Shown: positions 1-4,131 of the stretch, piece after piece | Layout of the letters: every line of letters starts with the position of its first letter | How positions within the stretch are numbered: position 1 is the first letter of the stretch | Virus record (IMG/VR): IMGVR_UViG_3300029557_000069 | Location: 1 to 5,068 of that record | DNA from: a virus | Length of the DNA stretch: 5,068 nt | Strand: one strand, 5' to 3' | Made by a program: the position numbers and the translations under genes | Notes under the pieces: model-generated | What the model was told of the DNA's origin: nothing | Seen by the model: only the letters and a program-made list of their open reading frames with translations | The model's database searches: none

Positions 1-842
1 GGGTCTCTTCTATTACTGGTAACAGTGTTCCTAATGACGCCACAGCGTCCTCTTTTCAACTTTATGCCGATTTATCTAGCGTTAGTTCTGCCACTATTAG
101 CTCTTTGCGCACAGCTTTTCAGATGCAGAAATTCTATGAACGCCTTGCTCGAGGTGGTAGTCGGTATACAGAAGTGCTTCGCTCTTTCTTTGGCGTAGTT
201 TCTCCTGATGCTCGTCTTCAGCGCCCTGAGTTCCTCGGCTCTTTCACTAAAATGGTTAACATCAATCCAATAGCTCAGACTTCTGCAACCGACGTCACTT
301 CTCCGCAAGGCAATCTTTCCGCTTATGGTGTCACTGCTGCTAAATTCAATGGTTTTACAAAGTCTTTTGTTGAACATGGCTATGTTTTAGGTTTTGTCTG
401 TGCTCGTGCTGACCTCACTTATCAGCAGGGTATTAATAAAATGTGGCTTCGCTCTACTGTTTATGATTTTTATTGGCCTACGTTCGCTCATCTCGGCGAA
501 CAGGCTATTGAGCTTCGTGAACTTTATGCTCAAGGCAATGCAGCTGATACTACTGTTTTTGGCTATCAAGAGCGTTACGCTGAATATCGTTATAAGCCCT
601 CGCAGATTACTGGTAAATTTCGCAGTTCTGTAACTGGTGGCTCTTTAGATAAGTGGCATCTTTCGCAGTTCTTCAAAAATGCCCCTACCTTAAATGAGGA
701 GTTTATAGTCGAAAATCCGCCCATAGAACGTATTGTAGCTGTTACTAGCGAGCCTGAGTTTTTACTTGATGTAGGATTCCGTTATACAACAGTTCGTCCT
801 ATGCCCATGTTCGGTACACCTGGTCTTGTTGACCATTTTTAA
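1..842 (+). CDS. Major capsid protein (Microviridae F/VP1 family), 3' portion. The codon frame starts at nt 3 and the stop TAA is at 840-842.
   Basis: Same frame as the 4132.. portion once the 99-nt terminal overlap is taken into account. Contains LRTAFQMQKFYERLARGGSRYTEVLRSFFG, a conserved microvirus F-protein type motif, and a long C-terminal region ending ...MFGTPGLVDHF. The stop overlaps the SD of the next gene (ttTAAGGAG). Confidence 0.9.
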   Translation, partial: VSSITGNSVPNDATASSFQLYADLSSVSSATISSLRTAFQMQKFYERLARGGSRYTEVLRSFFGVVSPDARLQRPEFLGSFTKMVNINPIAQTSATDVTSPQGNLSAYGVTAAKFNGFTKSFVEHGYVLGFVCARADLTYQQGINKMWLRSTVYDFYWPTFAHLGEQAIELRELYAQGNAADTTVFGYQERYAEYRYKPSQITGKFRSSVTGGSLDKWHLSQFFKNAPTLNEEFIVENPPIERIVAVTSEPEFLLDVGFRYTTVRPMPMFGTPGLVDHF

Positions 843-854
843 GGAGCTGATTTT

Positions 855-1583
855 ATGTCATGGCTTTCTGATACTTTAGGTAGTGTTGCTGGTTCCTTGT
901 TTGGTTCTGCTGTACAAAATCACTATAATTCCGCCAACGCCGAGCAGCAGAATGAGTGGAATGTCGAAAATTATAAACACCGCTATCAATGGTCTGTTGA
1001 AGATATGCGCGCTGCTGGTCTTAATCCTATTCTTGCTGCAACCAATGGTATAGGCGGTTCTATATCTGGTGCTTCTGCCGCTTCTGTAGGCATGAGTGAT
1101 ATAGGTTCTACCATGAACTCTGCTAAAGCCGCTAGCGCCGCTGAGAGGCAGGCAAAGAATGCTGAGCACCTTGCAGTATCTCAAATTGATAAAAACGTCG
1201 CAGAAGCTGATTCTGTGCGTCAGAGCACCCACGGAACAGTACTTCAGAACGGTATCCTTGCAAACGATCTGAATTTGCGTGAGCAGACTTATGAGAAACG
1301 TCTTGGCTACGAACTTGAAAAAATGCGTTTAGAACTTGAAAACATGCGTCTTCAAGGTTCTTACCTTCAATCTGGTGTTTTAAGTAATATTGCCTCGGCA
1401 GGCAGGTCTAATAGTGCTTCTGCTTTTGACCAGATGCAGACTGAGATGCTTGGTATGGAGAGAGATTTTTATAAAGGTATCCAGGATAAAGTTGGTGGCA
1501 CTACTTCTTTCTATAAAGGTATTGGTTCAACTGTCAAAAATGTGCTTGGTTTCCTTGGTGGTCGTTATTTTGGAAGGAGATAA
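855..1583 (+). CDS. DNA pilot / minor capsid protein (VP2/H-like), 242 aa.
   Basis: ATG 855 with SD AAGGAG at 841-846. Position immediately after the capsid gene. Gly/Ala/Ser-rich segments plus a heptad-repeat coiled-coil region (EKRLGYELEKMRLELENMRLQ), as in gokushovirus VP2 pilot proteins. Confidence 0.8.
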   Translation: MSWLSDTLGSVAGSLFGSAVQNHYNSANAEQQNEWNVENYKHRYQWSVEDMRAAGLNPILAATNGIGGSISGASAASVGMSDIGSTMNSAKAASAAERQAKNAEHLAVSQIDKNVAEADSVRQSTHGTVLQNGILANDLNLREQTYEKRLGYELEKMRLELENMRLQGSYLQSGVLSNIASAGRSNSASAFDQMQTEMLGMERDFYKGIQDKVGGTTSFYKGIGSTVKNVLGFLGGRYFGRR

Positions 1584-1588
1584 TTTTT

Positions 1589-1828
1589 ATGTCTAACAAA
1601 ACTACTATGATTTTAACTTTTATTGTTTCTGTCGTTGTACCTTTTATCCAGGAGGTTGTTGACCTTATTGAAGCTCTTAAAGGTAGAGCTTCTTCGAATA
1701 CTGTTACTGCTAAAAAAGTTGCTTCGGACTTTCAAGCCGATGTTGCGCAGCTTGTTGAGCCAGTTGCTAATAAGAATGATTCTAAAAAAACTAGCCGTTT
1801 TTTCGGTTCTTGGAGGGATGCTAAATGA
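1589..1828 (+). CDS. Small protein with a single N-terminal transmembrane helix, 79 aa. Unknown function; candidate membrane/lysis protein.
   Basis: ATG 1589 with SD AAGGAG at 1574-1579. Starts 5 nt after the VP2 stop. The stop TGA (1826-1828) overlaps the ATG (1825-1827) of the next gene. N-terminus TMILTFIVSVVVPFI is hydrophobic (~17 aa, with Pro), followed by a charged hydrophilic tail. Confidence 0.6.
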   Translation: MSNKTTMILTFIVSVVVPFIQEVVDLIEALKGRASSNTVTAKKVASDFQADVAQLVEPVANKNDSKKTSRFFGSWRDAK

Positions 1829-1935
1829 GGCGACGTCGCTTATCTAAACGAGGTTCTCGCCGTCTTTTTCGGCGTACTTCCAGATCTCGTCGTAGAAATT
1901 TTAAAAGAGTAGGACGAGGTGGATTTAGGATTTGA
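1825..1935 (+). CDS. Arginine-rich small DNA-binding/packaging protein (J-like / gokushovirus ORF8-like), 36 aa: MRRRRLSKRGSRRLFRRTSRSRRRNFKRVGRGGFRI.
   Basis: ATG 1825 with GGAGG at 1812-1816. 17 of 36 residues are Arg/Lys, a composition typical of microvirus J-type DNA-condensing proteins. Translationally coupled to the upstream gene through an ATGA overlap. Too short to appear in the ORF track. Confidence 0.7.
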   Translation: MRRRRLSKRGSRRLFRRTSRSRRRNFKRVGRGGFRI

Positions 1936-1960
1936 CATTCTGATTTAATCCTGATACAAT
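1932..1960 (+). promoter_or_regulatory. Sigma70-type promoter: -35 TTGACA (1932-1937), 17-nt spacer, -10 TACAAT (1955-1960). Drives the replication initiator gene.
   Basis: Perfect -35 hexamer, optimal 17-nt spacing and a 5/6 -10 hexamer. The predicted TSS at ~1967 lies just before SD AGGTGA (1967-1972) and ATG 1978. Confidence 0.7.
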
Positions 1961-1977
1961 CGGTACAGGTGATTAAT

Positions 1978-2889
1978 ATGGTTTGTTATAATCCTGTTCT
2001 TATGTACCCGGTTGAAGGAGCGATTACTAAAAATGGGAAGCAACATTATAGTTTTTACGGTAGCCTTGCCTCTCATCCCGAACTTTCTGGTGATAGCCGT
2101 TTTATTCGTTGCGCTTGCAAGCAGTGTATTGGTTGTCGTCTCGAAAATAGCAGACAATGGGCTGTCCGTTCTGTTCACGAAGCCCGTTCTTCGTCTTCTG
2201 CTTATTTCGTTACTTGCACTTTTGATAATTTTCACTTGCCTAAAGATTTGAGTTTAAGCAAGAAATTTCATCAAACGTTCATGAAAAATCTTCGTCGTGA
2301 GTATGGTAATGGTATTCGCTTTCTTGGCTGTGGTGAATATGGTGAATTGCATGCTCGTCCCCATTATCATTACATTTTGTTTAATATTGATTTTGATGAC
2401 AAAATTTTTCGGTTCCGTACAGATGGTTATAATACTTATACTTCTGCTCGTTTTGCCAAGGTTTGGAAATATGGTATGCATCTTATTGGTGAGTTTAGTT
2501 TTGACGCTGCTGCCTATGTCGCCCGTTACATAGTTAAAAAGCAGACTGGCAAAAATGCTGAGTCTCACTATAAAGGTCGTACCCCTGAATTTATGGTTGC
2601 ATCTAATCGCCCTGGTATTGGTGGAAAATGGCTTGCTGAGCATGGTGAAGAATGTTATTCTAACGATTATGTTGTCATTAACGGTAAAAAGATGCGTCCG
2701 CCTCGTTATTACGATAAGAAATTCGATGAAACGCATCCTCACTGGATGGAGTTTATTCGCAATAACCGTATTGAGAAGATGCTGCATAACTTGGAGAACA
2801 ATACTTTCGAGCGATTGATTGATCGTTGTCGTGTTCAGGAAGGAAAGTATAAATACTTTCTTGGTAGAAAACTTGACAAGGTATTATGA
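1978..2889 (+). CDS. Rolling-circle replication initiator protein (VP4 / gene A-like, HUH endonuclease), 303 aa from ATG 1978. An in-frame GTG at 1969 is an alternative start.
   Basis: SD AGGTGA 5 nt upstream of ATG 1978. HUH motif in ELHARPHYHYILFN (HYH at 2362-2370). Catalytic two-tyrosine motif AAAYVARYIVKK (Tyr codons at 2515-2517 and 2527-2529, YxxxY spacing as in phiX174 A protein YVAKY). N-terminal Cys cluster RCACKQCIGCRLENSRQWAVR typical of gokushovirus VP4. Confidence 0.93.
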   Translation: MVCYNPVLMYPVEGAITKNGKQHYSFYGSLASHPELSGDSRFIRCACKQCIGCRLENSRQWAVRSVHEARSSSSAYFVTCTFDNFHLPKDLSLSKKFHQTFMKNLRREYGNGIRFLGCGEYGELHARPHYHYILFNIDFDDKIFRFRTDGYNTYTSARFAKVWKYGMHLIGEFSFDAAAYVARYIVKKQTGKNAESHYKGRTPEFMVASNRPGIGGKWLAEHGEECYSNDYVVINGKKMRPPRYYDKKFDETHPHWMEFIRNNRIEKMLHNLENNTFERLIDRCRVQEGKYKYFLGRKLDKVL

Positions 2890-2901
2890 CTGTGTTATCA
2901 T
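2873..2901 (+). promoter_or_regulatory. Sigma70-type promoter: -35 TTGACA (2873-2878), 17-nt spacer, -10 TATCAT (2896-2901).
   Basis: Perfect -35, optimal spacing, 5/6 -10. Sits at the 3' end of Rep, immediately upstream of SD AAGGAAG and ATG 2920. Confidence 0.6.
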
Positions 2902-2919
2902 TAAGTCAGAAAGGAAGTG

Positions 2920-3159
2920 ATGCTTATTAGCGAATTTGAAGCTGTTAAAAATTTTTGTCTTAATCGCGGTATTTCTTTTACTTTTAAATTTCGTGGTAGT
3001 AAATATGCCGCTTATCGACTTAAGTCTGATTGCGACAAAGTTATTCGTCTTGACAATGATTACTTTGTCATCAATAACACGTTGCATCTTATGATTCGTC
3101 GCTACTTAATTGCGTTTAGAAAAGGAGATGGTTCTTCTGAGACTTTATTCCATTTATGA
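2920..3159 (+). CDS. Hypothetical protein, 79 aa (MLISEFEAVKNFCLNRGISFTFKFRGSKYAAYRLKSDCDKVIRLDNDYFVINNTLHLMIRRYLIAFRKGDGSSETLFHL).
   Basis: ATG 2920 (GTG at 2917 also in frame) with SD AAGGAAG at 2909-2915 and an upstream promoter. Codon usage resembles the other genes. No recognisable motif. Confidence 0.5.
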   Translation: MLISEFEAVKNFCLNRGISFTFKFRGSKYAAYRLKSDCDKVIRLDNDYFVINNTLHLMIRRYLIAFRKGDGSSETLFHL

Positions 3160-3418
3160 TTCCAAGGCTGAACAGTTCAGCCCTCCACAAGCTTACCACA
3201 ATGACATGCTTGCTTTAAGAGGATTTGAGAGTATTGTTAATGATGATAAAATGCTTATTAAAAAGTATCCTGAAGATTTTAGTATTTATTATGTCGGTAA
3301 CCTTGGCGATACTGATGGCCGTTATTATATTGAGCATTGTGACGAATCCCGCATACCTGTATTGGTTGGTCGCGCAGTAGATTATGTCCAGGATATTGAC
3401 AATATTCCTACCAAATGA
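3128..3418 (+). CDS. Hypothetical protein, ~96 aa. The start is uncertain (ATG 3128, or TTG 3110). It overlaps the preceding ORF in the +1 frame.
   Basis: The ORF opens after the TAA at 3107-3109. ATG 3128 directly abuts AAGGAG at 3122-3127 (zero spacer, so poor initiation geometry). TTG 3110 has no SD. The coding-like composition continues to TGA 3416-3418, just upstream of the terminator. It could also be the downstream part of a frameshifted gene. Confidence 0.4.
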   Translation: MVLLRLYSIYDSKAEQFSPPQAYHNDMLALRGFESIVNDDKMLIKKYPEDFSIYYVGNLGDTDGRYYIEHCDESRIPVLVGRAVDYVQDIDNIPTK

Positions 3419-3424
3419 TAATCT
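3396..3424 (+). promoter_or_regulatory. Candidate sigma70 promoter: -35 TTGACA (3396-3401), 17-nt spacer, -10 TAATCT (3419-3424). Alternatively GATAAT (3417-3422) with a 15-nt spacer.
   Basis: Perfect -35. The -10 keeps the invariant T1, A2 and T6 positions. It lies within the 3' end of the 96-aa ORF and directly upstream of the terminator hairpin and the VP3-like gene. Confidence 0.35.
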
Positions 3425-3446
3425 AACAAAGAGCGTATCAGAAAAA

Positions 3447-3477
3447 GGACGGTCTCGAAAGAGATCGCCCTTTTTTT
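3447..3477 (+). terminator. Rho-independent terminator: stem GGACGGTCTC / GAGATCGCCC with a GAAA tetraloop, followed by T7.
   Basis: 10-bp GC-rich stem (8 Watson-Crick pairs, 1 G-U, 1 mismatch), GNRA-type loop, a run of 7 T at 3471-3477, and an A5 tract upstream at 3442-3446. Located in the intergenic gap after the stop at 3418. Confidence 0.75.
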
Positions 3478-3510
3478 GTACGCCACGCCCGCCGCGTCTA
3501 GGCGCGTACG
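3478..3510. promoter_or_regulatory. GC-rich dyad-symmetry island (GTACGC...CGCG TCTAGG CGCG...GCGTAC) between the terminator and the SD of the VP3-like gene. Candidate operator or origin element.
   Basis: About 30 nt at roughly 75% GC in an otherwise AT-rich genome. The outer arms GTACGC (3478-3483) and GCGTAC (3504-3509) are reverse complements. The inner CGCG/CGCG arms flank TCTAGG. Confidence 0.35.
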
Positions 3511-3525
3511 AAAGGAGGTGAAACT

Positions 3526-4008
3526 ATGAAATTTAAGACAGCTTATGATCCTGCAGAAGAACATGATCATTGTGGCATTGAATTTACTATGCCGTCTCTT
3601 GCAGTTCAGGACGAGAAAGATGAATCCGATATCAACTATATCGTTAATCGCTTTGCAGATGGTCAGAAAGGTATAGCTACTCTTGACCTGGGCGATAGCT
3701 CGCAGTACGCCTTCCTTCAATTTGGAGATGCAACGCTTCCTGGCGACTACAGCACTGCGCTCGAGCTTGTTTCTGGAGTTCGTGAAGAATTCTATAGTTT
3801 ACCCGCATACGTTCGAGCAAAATTTGGTCATGATCCTATGAATTTCATCAACCAATTGAACAATCCTGAAACGCTTGAATATCTCCAACGAGAAGGCTTG
3901 TACGATAGCGATTTATCTTTCAACGAACAACAACAGTCTGGTAGTAATAAACAAACAGAAGAAAAAAGTAACACTTCAACCCAAAATAAAGAAGAAACAC
4001 AAAAATAG
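3526..4008 (+). CDS. Putative internal scaffolding protein (VP3-like), acidic, 160 aa.
   Basis: ATG 3526 with a very strong SD AAGGAGGTG at 3512-3520 (5-nt spacer). Acidic composition (many D/E) and a low-complexity Q/S/N/K/E C-terminal tail. Its position immediately upstream of the capsid gene fits the gokushovirus VP3 size class (~150 aa). The product assignment is from position and composition only. Confidence 0.55.
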   Translation: MKFKTAYDPAEEHDHCGIEFTMPSLAVQDEKDESDINYIVNRFADGQKGIATLDLGDSSQYAFLQFGDATLPGDYSTALELVSGVREEFYSLPAYVRAKFGHDPMNFINQLNNPETLEYLQREGLYDSDLSFNEQQQSGSNKQTEEKSNTSTQNKEETQK

Positions 4009-4056
4009 GCGTCACCGAGCCAGTTACTTACTTGATGTAACTGGCGTAGGTGACGC
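4009..4056. other. Large two-helix hairpin: GCGTCACC-gag-CCAGTTAC-(loop ttacttgat)-GTAACTGG-cgta-GGTGACGC. Candidate origin / complementary-strand priming or packaging structure.
   Basis: Two perfect 8-bp helices (4009-4016 with 4049-4056; 4020-4027 with 4037-4044) separated by a small internal loop. A 9-nt apical loop contains ACTTGAT. Flanked by A-tracts on the + strand, which read as T-tracts on the minus strand. Confidence 0.6.
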
Positions 4057-4068
4057 AAAAATAATCTG

Positions 4069-4108
4069 AAACCTAATAATTGTTTGCTTTAGGTTAATTA
4101 TTAGGTTT
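4069..4108. other. AT-rich hairpin with a perfect 13-bp stem (AAACCTAATAATT / AATTATTAGGTTT) and a 14-nt loop, immediately upstream of the capsid gene SD.
   Basis: Exact reverse-complement arms at 4069-4081 and 4096-4108. The loop gtttgctttaggtt partly repeats the arm sequence (taggtt). Sits in the VP3-VP1 intergenic region. Confidence 0.55.
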
Positions 4109-4131
4109 ACACTTCAAAAGAAGGTGAAATA

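Noticed and set aside
762-773. Exact 12-mer TTACTTGATGTA shared between the capsid gene (762-773) and the loop of the intergenic hairpin (4028-4039)
   Set aside because: A single 12-mer repeat in a 5-kb AT-biased genome is within chance expectation. It weakens rather than strengthens the significance of the ACTTGAT ori-like match, so it is not reported as a separate feature.
1623-1847. 74-aa Leu/Lys-rich +1-frame ORF overlapping the small TM-protein gene (and the similar ORFs at 394-633, 1390-1596, 2012-2251, 2297-2533, 2555-2818, 3875-4069)
   Set aside because: TTG or poor starts without SD. Hydrophobic composition is explained by the T-rich codon position 3 of the host gene. They are kept only as low-priority overprinting candidates in a finding, not called as genes.
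3050-3078. Fourth TTGACA hexamer at 3050-3055
   Set aside because: No acceptable -10 hexamer at 16-18 nt (AATAAC/ATAACA lack the TA...T pattern). It lies inside the 79-aa hypothetical ORF, so it is probably not a functional promoter.
72-4058. All minus-strand ORFs in the track (72-377, 387-569, 876-1232, 1945-2235, 2254-2787, 2884-3087, 3382-3720, 3828-4058)
   Set aside because: Microviridae encode all genes on the packaged strand. These ORFs lie antisense to well-supported genes, lack SD sequences, and have the low-complexity composition expected from reading a T3-biased gene backwards.
4085-4113. Possible promoter TTGCTT-17-TACACT upstream of the capsid gene
   Set aside because: Only 3/6 match at -35 and 4/6 at -10, and it is embedded in the 13-bp-stem hairpin. 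The capsid gene is more likely expressed from upstream transcripts.
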